64,000 bases of DNA, taken from Octopus sinensis (Eukaryota). A program made the translations under genes and the position numbers. Location: contig NC_043015.1 in NCBI RefSeq assembly GCF_006345805.1, positions 37,572,001 through 37,636,000 of the forward strand, given 5' to 3'. Position 1 is the stretch's first letter. Each line of letters opens with the position of its first letter. Under the pieces are notes generated by a model. It worked only from the letters and a program-made list of their open reading frames with translations, was not told the DNA's origin and made no database searches. Of this stretch, positions 1-14,889 are shown in pieces.

Positions 1-199
1 CTCTCTTTCTATACCACTTTCACTTTTCCTCCGCACCACCGCCACCCTCATAAACCACCCACTCATATATTGCTGCCTGCACCAAACTTACCATATAAGG
101 AGAATATACGAAAATGATTTCAGTCAAATAAACGAATCGAAAAGAAACGGAACGAACATAAGTCTCTCTCTCATTTTACGTATTTATATTTATATGTAC

Positions 200-228
200 G
201 TGTGTATACATGCATGTATGTATGCATG

Positions 229-260
<32 letters not shown>

Positions 261-262
261 TG

Positions 263-294
<32 letters not shown>

Positions 295-419
295 TGTATG
301 TATGTATGTATGTATGTATGCATGACCGCAGCCGCATGGGTGAAACCAGTAAAAGAATTAAAGAATATATATGTATAGAGAGAGAGGGAGAAGAGAGAGA
401 CAGAGAGAGAGAGAGAGAC

Positions 420-456
<37 letters not shown>

Positions 457-469
457 TAGATAGATAGAC

Positions 470-546
<77 letters not shown>

Positions 547-548
547 TA
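200..548. repeat. Compound microsatellite (TATG)n, (GA)n, (GACA)n, (GATA)n
   Basis: Directly visible tandem tetranucleotide and dinucleotide runs; these explain the ORFs at 171-665. Confidence 0.97.
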
Positions 549-585
549 TGCATCGCATGGATAGCTAGATGTGTGTGTATGTACA

Positions 586-680
586 TCTATTATATAAAAT
601 CCGTTCTGTCTGTGTGTGTGTGTGTCTTCTAGGATCTCGGTCATCGTCCGTCCGATTGCGCTCAAATTTGATATGTAGAT
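586..680 (+). mobile_element. 5' fragment of a non-autonomous Helitron-like element
   Basis: Begins a|TCTATTATATAAAA, then a ctgtctgtgtgt tract and ccgattgcgctcaaatttg. This is the same layout as the 5' end of the complete Helitron at 47815-48187. Truncated where a SINE begins. Confidence 0.55.
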
Positions 681-683
681 ACC

Positions 684-847
684 GAGTTCAAATTCCGCCG
701 AGGTCGACTTTGCCTTTCATCCTTTCGGGGTCGATAAATTAAGTACCAGTTACGCACTGGGGTCGATATAATCGATTTAATTCGTTTGTCTGTCCTTGTT
801 TGTCTCCTCTGTGTTTAGCCCCTTGCGGGTAATAAAGAAATAGGTAT
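684..847 (+). mobile_element. SINE group A, headless internal unit
   Basis: GAGTTCAAATTCC (B-box-like) plus gactttgcctttcatcctttcggggtcgataaattaagtaccag; near-identical to parts of 34942-35125 and 50122-50520. Confidence 0.9.
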
Positions 848-1260
848 CAGGACGTGTATAAGTCTTGAAAAAATTACAAAAATCGATTCCAGGTGAGAAT
901 GCGATCGATAAAGCCATTTTTGTCCTGCTTTTCTTCGGTCAACCTGTACATAACTGCACCTTCTATTTTTTGTTGTATTTGTACTGCTTAAAGGCACGTT
1001 TCTTTCCGGCCAAGCTTACTGATTAAACCATGTTTGTGTTCTCCCAGTCAACAGCCTTATCATTACTGGTACTTTAAACTCTTCGGTTACATATTTGTGT
1101 GAATATATTCGTTTTTCTTTGGAATAGAAAAAAGTCTATCTTTATTTCTTCTTTTTCTGGTGTGTCAAATTTAGGTTAAATCAGTGTTTCTCAAAGGGGC
1201 GGCCCATGGGACAGTAGGACAAGTCTACAGGACGGGGGGCGTCTTGCTCGTATATACATG

Positions 1261-1295
<35 letters not shown>

Positions 1296-2451
1296 TATAT
1301 ATAGTTTATAAAAACTGGCAACTAGAATCTCTCAGAGCTACAATCAGTGCGCGTGCACGTATGTGTATGTGAATTTTTATGGTTGTGTTTATGCGTCTGT
1401 CCTTTTGCATGTTAATCCATACGCCAAAAGGACACACTTGGAATCTATTGTGTTTATATGTCTGGTGATCTTGCCTTTTGCCCGATCGAAGTCGTTGAAT
1501 CATTTGGAGAATGGTAAACTTGTCGCGAAAAAATGTTCACTATTAAATATATGGAGATATATTTTGCGTCTTTCCCGTTCCTCTGTTTTCTTCATCTTTT
1601 CTCTTTCTTTTTGTCGGGTGGTTGGGGGGTCGTCCTGAGTCCAGAGTATCTCAGACACTAAACCTCAGCTTTCCCTACCGATAACTGCAATGGTTTCTTC
1701 CCATAATATGTTATAAAAGAGACAATCACATCATCTGGAATTTAAACGAGTTAGTACTAGAGAACGAGGGAATAAACCACACCTTTGTATATATATATTT
1801 ATAGCATTAAACGTACAAAACTATATATGCGTGTATGCGTATATGTATGCACGCTTATCAGTATGTAAGTAAGCATGTTTCTCTGTGTGTATGCACGGTT
1901 TTATGTATGTGTGCATACATTTTTGTCCGCCTGTATGTATTGTCTACATTGCATGCCTCTGTTCTCTCTATCAGTTCATCGATTCATCTCAATTATCCCT
2001 ATCACTCTTTATCCCTTTTATTTGTCCTTCCAGTAATGTTCAATTTATGGTGTCTACTTTGCGTGCTCTTTCCGTAAATTTCCATCACACATTCTTCAAA
2101 AGATTGAACTCGTCCGCGCGTGCACGCACGCACAGACATACACACATAAACGCAGGCACATCACACACACACACACACACTCATGCATAAACACGCTCAT
2201 AATCACGCGTGCAGTCTCTTTCTATCTTTGAGCGTCAGTAAATTTATGTTTGCCTTTTCTAATAAACGTATAAACACGCTTCCATGACAACGAACACATA
2301 CACACACATTCACGCTCCATATATATATATATATATATATGACATACACACACACGTAGACATACACACACAAACATACACACACATATATACATATATA
2401 TAGAGAGAAAGAGAGATAGAGAGAGCGAGAGAGAGACAGAGAGAGAGAGAG

Positions 2452-2485
<34 letters not shown>

Positions 2486-2686
2486 TTATACCTGTATATA
2501 TTTAAATGTATATGTGTATGTATATATACAAAAACACATATACACATATATATATATATATAAGTATATATGTACAAGTATATATATATATATATATATA
2601 CGTATGTATGTATATGTATGTATGCATGTATGTATATATACGCACATATACATATATATATATATGTACATACATACATATATATT

Positions 2687-2735
<49 letters not shown>

Positions 2736-5700
2736 TATATACGTATGTGTGTATATGTATGCATGTATGTATATATACGCACATGTTTGTTCCCTCTTTG
2801 GAAATCATGATTGCAGTTCAGTCAGTTTTCTGTGTATTTTTGTTCATTTTCTTTTTCCAATTTACCATGAAACGCCATCAGATGTTTGATCAAATGTCTC
2901 TATTATTGAAAGGGAAAATTTGATACAGCAACAAGTAAAAATGATTTTGAAAAACTACAAAAACCTAAAGTAACCAGACAAACATTCAATGTTTGATATT
3001 CATTTATACACAGCAGTGTCAAAAATTATATTTAATGGTCTCGGCTAACATAATATGATGTCTGTGATATTGAATTTCCAAGTCAGGCAAACAACTATTT
3101 GTTTAAGAAAATAAAAACAAAAAAGAAACTCTGATTATATCAAAAGCTACATATGATTAAAATCTCATGCTGATCGGCGTACAAACAATTGTTGAACTTG
3201 TTTCGCCGTTATTAAAAGTGCGTTTTATTGAAACGGTTTCGAGTGTGTCTATCATGATGAGAGTCGTCACGAGTCTTGTCCTAAATCACTTGGTCTTCAT
3301 ATAAACAGAACAAACAAAATACAAGATTTAAACGCAAAATGCAGACTACGAAAATACGCAATACGTCAAAATGCATAAATAAGCAGCAATCGGAAATTAA
3401 TATGGAATGGAAAGACATTAATAAAATAACCTGCCTTCGATCCGAGTCTGATAAATGATATTTGCGTTGAAATAAAACTTTTTAAATTGCAGAAACATAT
3501 TGTAATTTTGGAAGCAAAACATTGTTTATTTTTAAGAAAAATATATTGGAACTTTTCTCTTTTATTTCGTCTACGTTTACAATTTTGTTGTTTTGCTGCA
3601 AAGTATTGTTTAGGAACCGACAAACACGTTGCAGATGAAATTTGATAAAAGAGTTTTAAAACCACCGGGGGACCCTTCAATGCAGGTTTTTCCGTTTCAC
3701 TCATCCATTTTGTGCCTTTAGCGAAATCTTGTTTAAAGCATTTCGCTTCCTTCGTTGGTATAAATATACATTCGTCCATTATACCCAAAAAACGTTGGTT
3801 ATAATGGCACTGTAAAAAAGCACCGTAAAAAAGATCATAGCCGAATATTATTTTCCTTTTGGCTAATTATCGTTTTCAGAATAGAATATCCAAGGTTGTG
3901 ATAATAGTTGGACTCAAATAGAATCAGAAAATTGCTCTGGAAATGACTCCAGAAAGTTATTTTATATGAAACTAATTAAAAATGTGCTCAGTAGTATTGT
4001 AGAAATTTCCAAAGAGAGAAAGAAATGGACCAGACAAACGTCATACGATACCTTCTTTATATGACGATAACTGCTTTGCGTTTCTCCTCGCCCTGCCAGA
4101 AAATTCTCTTTAGTTTCGTTACATTCTTAGTCTCATGTTGTCTGTAGTTGACTGGTCTCCTTCTTCTGTTAAGATATGAAAGTTTGCCTCCAAAATATAT
4201 TTGACATGGTTTAGTGTTCAGTGATGACAGTGTCCAGCAGCAATTATTATAGAAAATATCCATAAATGTCCTCCTTATAAATGAGAAGCCTTGTGTACAA
4301 CTATGATATAAAACATCGAATTTAAGAAAATGGAATTTAACAAGTGTTCCTCGTTTGAAGTAGGTACCATCGCAGATTACAAAACGGAAGATACAGCTGT
4401 TGTGACTAAGTTTCTATTTTCTCTCATCCTTTATGAAACCAAAGATATTGTTAACTCAGCTTTGTACTTGGATCGGTAACGAAATACAAATGGACATCGA
4501 TTCGGAATTGATCTTAGAGGTTAGGCGGAAGGACTCAATGCGAATAAAGCAGAGAACTGGTATCTTATTATCTCCTCTACCTTTCCTGCTATCCAGCAGT
4601 ATTTATATCAGAACCATTGAATGTTGAAAGAGCATTGCCTAAGTTTTTTTTTAATCATATTGAGGTAAAATATTTAGGGAACCATATTCGAGGCAGAGTA
4701 CTGAAAGATACGTCAGAGTACGGATCAATTACCTTACGGGCTGTGTCCCCTCCCTCCCTAAACACGAATTCGGCTGAGGTCACCTACGCTATAACCCATA
4801 TTTGCTGATGGGTTAATGTTAGTAAATGTGAGATACTCTACATACCTTATGATCTTTATCTATAGCTCCACACAGATATGAATAGTGCACTCACACCCAG
4901 AGAAAATTTAGAATTATTTTCGCACTTCTCAGACTGCTTTTAAGTTTCAGACACTCCATGTTATCAAACTTGATGGTCACATCATATCCACAGTCCAAGC
5001 GTTTCACTCATGACGCCATAGGCACAATGTCACTGACCCATCGTCAGTCTCTGCCCAGTCTTTTATTTTATGAACCACTCTGCCTAATGCCATTAATATG
5101 TCACTAATACAATTGGTCAGTCAATTTGTTGCTGGACCCTACTCAGTGCAAGGGATCAGTTGCCAGTTTCACTGGTCAACCACTCCAACGCGTACTACTT
5201 CCGGTGGGTTTCGCAGTCTTATGGTTGTTTACACACTTTAGTCTCTACGATACGTTTCTCAAATCTATGGCTGATTCCAAAGTTAGTCACTGTGATAGGT
5301 TACACGTCTCCATAGTTGTTTAGAGACGTTATACACTATGATAGACGAATCAGCTCAACGGTGAGGTAATAGAGGTTGATCTGTCTTATAACCCCCGACG
5401 CTCAATGGCTAGTTACAGACGCTATACACTCACTGTGGTTATTTACTGTGCTATACTGACCATGAGCTGCACTGAATCTCAAAGCCAATTGTGTGTTTTA
5501 TAATACCATTGCTTGACACAGCGATCAAGCAGTCCACCTTGTGTTCATTCGCTGTCAGATTTGCAGTTTTATTACGATTCACCGAGTGCTTCATCTTCAA
5601 TAAACATATCATATTTTCTAAATACAAGCACCTGCATATGACATACATTGGTAAAAATGTAACGAAGAACTTACAAAACAAAAATGGCTGACAGATTCAA

Positions 5701-6142
5701 CTTCATTAACTTTGGAAAGGCCTGCAACAATAAAAGAAAGGACACACAAGAGTAATACAAAGATAACGATATATCAAAAGAGGAAATGGAATTGTTGATT
5801 TTCGTTTTATCGCACACTAGATATATATATATGAAACGCAGTGAGTTTATCTCGCTGCTGGAGAGAGGGAGAGAGAGAGAGAGTGAGAGAGTTAGTGAAA
5901 TACAGAATAATTTATGAATTATTAATCGTGATTTATGAATAGAAAATGGCGGTGAGAGTCTTACTTTAGTTAAAGTGACATTTCCTCGGTATAACTTATA
6001 AATTTCAATTCTGAGCAACTGAAACAAATACACGTTTTGCACACACTCAAATCCAAACGTGTAACACGTCTGTGTAAATGCAGTGTCTGAAAACCTGTGA
6101 ACCGGATTAGAAAACTTGGTGCATTACTACGTTCAAATAGAA

Positions 6143-6194
<52 letters not shown>

Positions 6195-6339
6195 CAGACA
6201 AAATTTTGCCTGTTTTCCTAATTTATTTTCAAATATCATTGGGAGAAGAGATTTTGTCCTGGAAACATTGATTTGAATGGAATTTAGACATCAACAGAGT
6301 AGAATTATAAGAATATATGTCGGTTGTCAGGAAGTTCGG

Positions 6340-6635
6340 GTGAATAGGTAGAGAAGCGCATTGCTCACTCACATGTAACACTCACATGTTACACTAACAT
6401 GTTACACTCACATGTTACACTAACATGTTACACGCGTGATCGTGGTTTTCAGTCCTGGACTGGGCGATGCGGTGTGTTCTTGACCAAAACATTTACTTTG
6501 GCGTCGTTCTAGTTTACACACCTGACAAAACTTAGTAATCCTGCAAAGGATCACTGCCTCGTCAAGGGATGCTGGTATTCAACAGGGATGTTAACCACAG
6601 AATCAAATAAGCCGGCTTTATGAGTCAATGGCTCA
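6340..6635 (+). mobile_element. Degenerate tRNA-derived SINE, group C (CORE-like body, tail type 2)
   Basis: Body gtgtgttcttgaccaaaacatttacttt matches the 55335 copy. Tail gccggctttatgagtcaatggctcaggaagga matches the 58623 copy. Confidence 0.6.
6366..6433. repeat. 13-bp tandem repeat, five units (CACT[C/A]ACATGTTA)
   Basis: cactcacatgtaa cactcacatgtta cactaacatgtta cactcacatgtta cactaacatgtta cac, read directly. Confidence 0.92.
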
Positions 6636-7539
6636 GGAAGGATCTCTGATTTTTTTTTATTGAGGTCGCAATCATATAAGCATATATGCATATACACAGC
6701 GAAGTGTAGAGGTCATTTGTATATGTCTGCATAAACTGGTCTGCATGTCTAAACGTCTCTAGAAACATGTATGTAAAGCATCTTAGATGTTTTCGATATT
6801 CTGACATTACCACTGATGCCTTGCAGACCTCATTCTTTGATTACGCCCGGTCTTTGAGGTTGTCTGACATCCAGAAGTTTTAGATTGTCAAGGAGGATGT
6901 AAAGTCACGTGTTCGAGCGGCGTAATGCTATCAAATAAAAATCTAAACCGCAAATGGATTTAATGCCGGTTTCTGATTCCTTTCTTGGAGATTATATTTA
7001 CTTATTTTATTTGTTTTATTTATCTCTCATCACTAATCAAAGAACATCTGATGTGCAACTGATTTTAACTACGGTGCATATTTTTCTCAGCCGCAGCTCC
7101 TTCTGTCCGGTCATTTATAATTGGAATTGCATTTTGGTGAAGATTTCGCGAAACCATTTTACAAGTATTCTTTCATTTTATCGCTGATTCTAGCTTAAGA
7201 ACACTCGAGCTCATAAGTGCCTCCCCCGTATTATCCGTTCTACAGATTCCTTTGTACAATGTCCTAGCCAGAACGTATCGTTGTCAGGTAATACTATGAT
7301 GAAGTGTTCGGGAAACTACTTATGCGGTGAGTGACACCTCTTTGAATTCCACAGATTGTACAAGGCAGTTCGCTTCTCAACCGTTTCCTTTGCATCGCCA
7401 TTGCTTTCGTCCATCAGCTATTTTGATGTTATCTTTTGCTCCATAATTGAAAAAAGATTATTATTTACAGTGAGACCGAATATATTCATCCTTGATTCTT
7501 AAACGAAGATAGACTGCGCCGAAAGTCTAGGTTCCTCAA

Positions 7540-7827
7540 ACATGTACACATTTTATGTATATATGTGATGGCGTGTAAGCATATACATATATATATGTGT
7601 GCGTGCGTGCGCGCGTATGTGTGTGCACACATGTGTATATATACGCATATATAGAAATAGAAACATACGCACATGTATATATGCATATATATATATATAA
7701 TATATATATAATATATATATGTATATATATATACGTATATATAGACATAAATATATATATATATATATATATATCTATATATATATATATTATATATATA
7801 TATATGTGTGTGTTTCTGTGTATACAC

Positions 7828-7860
<33 letters not shown>

Positions 7861-8268
7861 GACACAAAGTTAACTACCTACATAGTTATATATGTGCGTA
7901 TCCATATTTGTGCAAAAGGCTGCGTGATATGTGACTTTGAGGTGTGTCGCAGAGCGGACCGGACCGGAGCCGCTAAACACCGAGGGAAAGATTTTTGAAT
8001 GAAAGAATAGATTATATTTGAATTGTGCACTGATTGTCGGTTATAAAAAAAACCCGTTCTCATAAAACACACGCACGCACACATACATGCACACACACGC
8101 GCACACACACAGATTACGCACAAACAAACTACGCACACACGTATGTATATATAATTCTATGTAAGAATACATACATATATATATGTATATATATGTATAT
8201 AATATAATATATAATATATATATATATATAATATAATATAATATAATATATATAATATAATATAAATA

Positions 8269-8300
<32 letters not shown>

Positions 8301-8322
8301 ATATATAATATAATATAATATA

Positions 8323-8354
<32 letters not shown>

Positions 8355-8465
8355 TAATATAACATAATATAATATAATATATATATATATATATATAAAC
8401 ATACACACATACACACAAACATGCATACATACATACACATATGTATCAGTGTGTGTGTGTGTATG
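7540..8465. repeat. (TA)n/(CA)n/(TATAA)n compound microsatellite field
   Basis: Directly visible, interrupted by a short unique stretch at about 7900-8060. Confidence 0.93.
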
Positions 8466-9659
8466 AGTGTACGCTTTCCCTGTGTCGATGTTTGCGTCTG
8501 TTCTCCAAATATCAGCGAGGCCGTCGGCTGTTTACAACTGATATACGTGTATCTACGGAATTGAAGAATTACAATATTTCGCTTCCTATTAGTTACTGCT
8601 GAGAGCCAAAGAAATTCGTGTTACTAAATTAGAAAAAGTCAGCAATTTTGGAAAGTTGACCTGAGGGTAACATACGATATAAATACCTCGGAAATTTTAA
8701 CCAGTGTCTGATGTAACAATGGCATAAGGTCTCTTACGATCTCCAAATCTCACACACTCTCTCTCTTTCTCTCACGATCTCTGTCTGTCGCTTCCTCCCT
8801 CTCTTTCTCTCGCACTCACCGTCTTACCGTCTTTATATGCTGATAATCTGTAGCAGTCTAGAATGTTTCCTGAATGTTCGAAAAGGTAAATTAGATGAGA
8901 GCAATGAACACTTTATGTAACAAAGCATTTTGATATTTCAAGCAGAATTCAAAATTAATTGTTTAGAGGTAAGGCAGGAATTTAAGATAAAAATTTGGCA
9001 TTTGGCATTTGGCCTCTATGCCAAATCTGATATTTGTGTATATGTATTTGTGTGTGGCAGATTCGGACTTGCTAATCGTGTTCTGAATTATATAACACAT
9101 TTCAGCACAGTGTATTATAGGAATGGATTGCATAATCTTATAACAAAAATCACGGTTTTTAAGCTGCTCGTATGGTCGCGTTGCATCGTAAAAGTTTCTC
9201 AAATGAGGCTTAGCCAAGATTAATTGATTCCCTGAAACAACTGTTGCCATGTTTACGAATATATATACACTGATACACACACACAGACAGACATACTCAC
9301 ACACACTCACACATTCTGAGAACATATCTACACATACGGCAACACAGATTTACACAGCGAAACCTCTCATTACACGGGTTTGCTTAATTTACTAGCATAC
9401 TCCGCATACACATCCACGCATAAAAATACACATGCCATACACACCACACGCACTCATATCTTAAAATCGTCACGAATATATACATATATGTATGTGTGTA
9501 TGTGTGTGTGTATGTGTGTGTGTATGTGTGTGTATGTGTGTGTGTATGTGTGTGTGTGTGTGTGTAGTATTAATTAGTAGTAAGAGGTGGATTTCATATT
9601 AGACTTTTATTAGGTAATTTTTTTTTTCTAAATAACTTTTACTCGAAATTTGTGATGTG

Positions 9660-9870
9660 TTTATTGATAGATGGGTTATTCCATGACTTTAATTCACATT
9701 GAACCGTTCCATGTAGTACCGAAACATTCTGTTGTTTATCTTCTTTGTCGAAAATGTAAGCCTTCCATCTTTCCATTCTGCGAATGAATTGGCAAGTCTT
9801 CTCAAGAAGTGATCTCATGTATTCCTTTCTACCTGGTATAAGCGCATCTTCGAGTGAGACGTCTCTATTC
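9660..9870 (-). mobile_element. Penelope-like element, N-terminal coding fragment (decayed)
   Basis: Translation SLEDALIPGRKEYMRSLLEKTCQFIRRMERWKAYIF resembles the SLKNIPIP..KEY...LIEK...FIRRMRWKA.FF motif I recall from PLE polyprotein N-termini. Confidence 0.6.
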
Positions 9871-9907
9871 AACATTTAAACACACTAATCGAATCTGTCA
9901 ATTTTTT

Positions 9908-9966
<59 letters not shown>

Positions 9967-11724
9967 AATGAATGTTTTTATATATAATGAACGTGAAATA
10001 CAGGAAGGGACGAACACGGAACACAGACAAATCATTCGAAGCCTTCAATCTTCAGTCAGACACCGAATCATCATAGCAAATTTCGGCTGTTCAATTCTGA
10101 TATTTGCTCCAACTCGGCCAGCCCCAAGAAAAAAACTAAGCTGTAAGCATTAGATTTCTTGGTAGAAGACAGGAATGTGAACGCACAAGACGGATGTAAA
10201 TACAAGAGACGAAAACGAAATTGAAAACAGTAATGAATAAACAAAATATATATAACGGTGGTTGTCATACGACTTTAGACCAAATGAGACAAAACAACAA
10301 CAACATAGCAGCTAGCATAGAAATAATTACCGTTTCGGTAGCGGGGACACATGTTGGTCAAGATACGATGGCCAACAGAATGGTTAAGAATCAGCAGGTC
10401 GCAGGAGAGAGAGAGAAAGAGAGACAGAGAGAGAGGGAATCAAAGAGGGTGGAAGGCAGGGGACAGAATCAGTGACCAAGAGAAAAGGAGAAAGAAGGGA
10501 TTAAGGAGGATGGGAGGAAGAGGGGGGAAGAATCGGAGGGCGCCAAAATAGTTTGGTGAAGAAGTAATGGCGGGTAGGAAAGACAGTGTGTATAGAAGTC
10601 GTATATACATGTACATATATATACACACATAAATACACATACATATACACAGACACACACACATACACATGCACACACACACATATTTCCCTGCAGTTGC
10701 TAACCATTCACAATCACAGATAAACGCCTACTTTTATGAACCCTGCAGCAATGCCGAGCAAATTTGCAACCACCCACACACACACGCACACAGAAAGCAC
10801 CATATAATCTGATACACACAAATGAACTATATCAACACACATTCACTTACAACATTCAACTAAGACAATCATTCACACGCACACAGCTGCGATGAAAAAT
10901 GCTCTCACACACACACACACACACATACACACATACATAATATTGATAAAAACCATACAAGAAATTTAAACACATTCACCAAGTCAATTTCACAAATCAG
11001 AGACATACTCGCATATCGCATCGCACATAAACAGACATATATACTCACAAATCATACAAATACATACATTCACATGCTCATTCACAATCCAAGAAATACT
11101 TCAATCACACACCTCGCTCGCGTATACACACACACGCGCGTGCGCAGTACATATATAAGCGCATATAGTATTTCTTTACAAGCAACACTCGCAGATAAAT
11201 ACGCACGCCTTTCTATTCTAAGTTTTATCCTCCTATTCCACCACCACCACCACCACCCCACCTACCTCTCCACATATGCTCACCCTTCAGCGATTCTCTC
11301 CATTCGCTGCGCCCTTCACATTCAAAATCGCATTAGAAGAATTTGATTTTCTCTGGTGTCTTTAGGGTTCTCGGAAGCCATAGTAACGAGTGCTATTGAC
11401 GTGGACTGCAGCAGATTTTAAACTTCTTTTCTGACCGTAGTTTTAAAGTAGAAACATCTCAAACGTGCGCATTCATGTTAATACTCATTAGATATTCACA
11501 AAAACGGCAATTTATACAGCACACGTGTGCACACACACACACACACACTCACACATTCCCACACACACATACACATACACACAAACACATACACGAACAC
11601 ACACTAAATTATCAAACTGAAATTGCTAATGCAAACACACACATACACAAAGCAACATAATTGTATACACGGACTTAACATAAGCTAACACATATACACA
11701 CGCGCATATGTGTGTGTGTGAAAA

Positions 11725-12098
11725 CGCAATGGCCTAGTGGTTAGGGCAGAAAACTTGCAGTGATAGGTTTGTGTTTCGATTCCCAGACCCGGCGTTGTGA
11801 GTGTCTATTGAGCGAAAACACATAAAGCTCCACGTGGCTCCGGTACAGGGTTCTGGCGAACCCTGCAGTACTCTTTCACCACAACTTTCTCTCACTCTTT
11901 CTTCCTGTTTCTGTTGTACCTGTATTTCAATGGGTCAGCCTTGTCACACACTGTTTCGCGCTGAATCTCCCCCAAGAACTACGTTAAGGGTACACATGTC
12001 TGTGGAATGCTCAGCCACTTGCAGTTCAATTTACGAGTAGGCTGTTCCGTTGATCGGATCAACTGGAACCTTCGTCGTCGTAACCGACGAATTGCCAC
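11725..12098 (+). mobile_element. tRNA-derived SINE group C (head type 1, tail type 1); probably an Octopus OR/OK-type family
   Basis: A box TGGCCTAGTGG and B-box-like GTTTCGATTCC. The 5' half is shared with 58623-58931 and the 3' half with 55335-55607 and 30250-30537. Confidence 0.88.
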
Positions 12099-12101
12099 GT
12101 G

Positions 12102-12132
<31 letters not shown>

Positions 12133-12429
12133 TCATATATGCATGTATGTATGTATGTGTGTATGATTGCGTTTCCTATAATGAATCCATAAACACATAT
12201 ATATAATTCAAGGATATATTTATGCGTGTGTGTGTGTTTGTGTGTGTGTGTGTCTGTGCATGCGTGTGTGTCTGTGTGTGTGTGTATGTGATTGTGTGTG
12301 TGTGTATGTGTGTATATGTGTGTGTATGTGTGTGCGTGTGTGTGCCTCCACTCTTACTAACCAACGATGATCGTTTGCATATCTGCAAACTGATTTTTTG
12401 ACAACAGACATTCCGAGAATAAATTCAAG

Positions 12430-12530
12430 AGTTAAGAACAGTTAGTCGATGTAATTAGCAAAGATATTCAAGGCGTTGCCCCAGCATGACCGGAGCGTCA
12501 TAACTGAAACAAGTAAAATAACATAAAAGT
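12430..12530 (+). mobile_element. SINE group B, 3' fragment
   Basis: ttcaaggcgttgccccagcatgaccgg...aactgaaacaagtaaaata matches the 3' ends at 28150-28200 and 33480-33540. Confidence 0.7.
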
Positions 12531-12547
12531 GAATATATATATGTGAG

Positions 12548-12585
<38 letters not shown>

Positions 12586-12586
12586 T

Positions 12587-12634
<48 letters not shown>

Positions 12635-12657
12635 CATATACACACACACACACACAC

Positions 12658-12701
<44 letters not shown>

Positions 12702-12841
12702 ATATATAATATATATATATATATACATCCCATATGTAAACTATATATATATATATACATACCTATATATACACACACACATATATATATATACTCACGC
12801 ACATACATATCTATAAGAATTTTTTTATCTGTCAATTTCTC

Positions 12842-12885
<44 letters not shown>

Positions 12886-13589
12886 TAGGGGATAAATTAG
12901 ACACATAGATACAGAGAGACAGAGAAATAGAGAAACAGTGAGGGAGGGAGGGAAAGTGAGAGAGACTGAATGTGCGATAATAAATTAGAGAGAAAGAGAG
13001 GCAAGCGATCAGATCATAATGTTCTCAGCTGCAATAATTAATATAACAGATATAAGCAACACACTATTAAATTTCTGCAAATAGCCCCATTGTATTGATA
13101 GCGTTCGCTTGTGAACACATAACATATATCAAAATTAAGTCAAGATGTCTGATAATCGTTTGAACTTTTGCTTATGCCAATATCTACAATATCTATCTCT
13201 GTCCACAGTGCGACAGGGTCTGTGTTTATGTCTAATATGCTGTATGGCTTTCCATACTTATAGATTAGCTCTGGAACTGTATACGAATGTTGCACGCATT
13301 CACACACTCGAAACCATTCATATGCAGCAGAAGTATGTATATATATGTGTGTATATATATATAATTGTGTGTGTGTGTGCGTGTGTGTGAGAGAGAGAGT
13401 GTGTGTACGTGCGTACACATATATACATATATATATACATATATGTATATATATGTATATATACATATATGTATATATATGTATATATACATATATGTAC
13501 ATATATGTATATATATAAATATATATATATATGTATATATGTACATATATATGCATATACATATATGTATGTATATATATATATATATG

Positions 13590-13752
13590 GGTGCAGGAGT
13601 GGGTATGTGGTAGGTAGCTTGCTAACCAAAAACGTGGTTCCGGGTTCAGTCCCATTGTGTGGAACCTTGGGCAAGTCTCTTCTACTATAGCTTCGGGCCG
13701 ACCGAAGCCTTGTGTGAATTTGGTAGACAGAAAATGAAAGAAGCTTGTCGTT
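13590..13752 (+). mobile_element. SINE group B, 5' half
   Basis: ggtgcaggagtggg...GGTTCCGGGTTCAGTCCC (tRNA-like head), then accttgggcaagt (CORE-like); reverse complement of 23870-24025. Confidence 0.9.
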
Positions 13753-13753
13753 G

Positions 13754-13799
<46 letters not shown>

Positions 13800-14179
13800 T
13801 CTATATATGTATGTATATACATATATTCGGCGTGTGTGACACTAAGATTTCAATGAATTCAACAGAGTGCATGTGACCTTGTTCATAAATTCTTATTATT
13901 ATTCACACAAATACCGAAAGAACAATTATAAATAATTCAATTCCAGTTTACTCCGGACTTGACGTAAGCCTGTCGAGGAGAAATATTACATAAATTATAC
14001 ATGCATGCCTACAGCTACACACACACACACACACATACACACACATACACACACATTTATATTTACATATATATCTGCATGTATGTACATGTATATAGAT
14101 GTTCGCATGTATGTTTGTATGCATATATACATGCATATTAAAACAACCCTTACATGCATATACGCACAAGCACCAAAAC

Positions 14180-14203
14180 TTATTATTATCATTATCATTA
14201 TCA

Positions 14204-14251
<48 letters not shown>

Positions 14252-14318
14252 TATATTATTATATTATATTATTATTATTATTATCATCATTATTATATTA
14301 TTATTATTATTATTATTA

Positions 14319-14381
<63 letters not shown>

Positions 14382-14557
14382 CATCATTATTATTATTATT
14401 ATTATTGTTATTATTATTATTATATTATTATTATATTATTGTTATTATATATTATTGTTATTATTATCATCATTATTATTATATATATATCATATCATCA
14501 TTATTATTATTATTATTATTATTATTGTTATTATTATTATTATTGTTATTATTATCA

Positions 14558-14598
<41 letters not shown>

Positions 14599-14655
14599 GT
14601 TATTATTATTATCATCATTATTATTATTATTATTATTATTATCATTATTATTATT
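14180..14655. repeat. Long imperfect (ATT)n microsatellite
   Basis: Directly visible; source of the poly-I/L/Y ORFs. Confidence 0.98.
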
Positions 14656-14889
14656 CATCCTAGTTATTTAGCCATTCCAATAGATTCGATAGCATACTTG
14701 AACGAGCAGTATTCTTGAAAAATTCAATATTTATGCAAATTTTTGCTGGTTGAAATCTTCAATGAAGAACTGTCCAAGACATCTGCAATGTTTTGAAATA
14801 TGCTCTCAGAGAATTCAATGCCATGAAAATATTTTCAGTTTATTACATTCACTTCTGGAAGACATTTCTGCAGGACATATTTTCGTATT

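Noticed and set aside
1182-1240. CAGTGTTTCTCAAA, a hAT/Charlie-like terminal repeat
   Set aside because: No convincing partner inverted repeat or 8-bp TSD was found.
6660-6900. RTE-like peptide remnant on the minus strand
   Set aside because: Similarity (VCKASVV, YRKHL, LETF) is too sparse to distinguish from chance.
9965-10140. Hammerhead next to the PLE fragment (CTGAAGA and ggctg...cagccGAAA on the minus strand)
   Set aside because: The core elements are not in a compatible order with closing stems; it may be PLE-related repeat sequence, but I cannot support a ribozyme.
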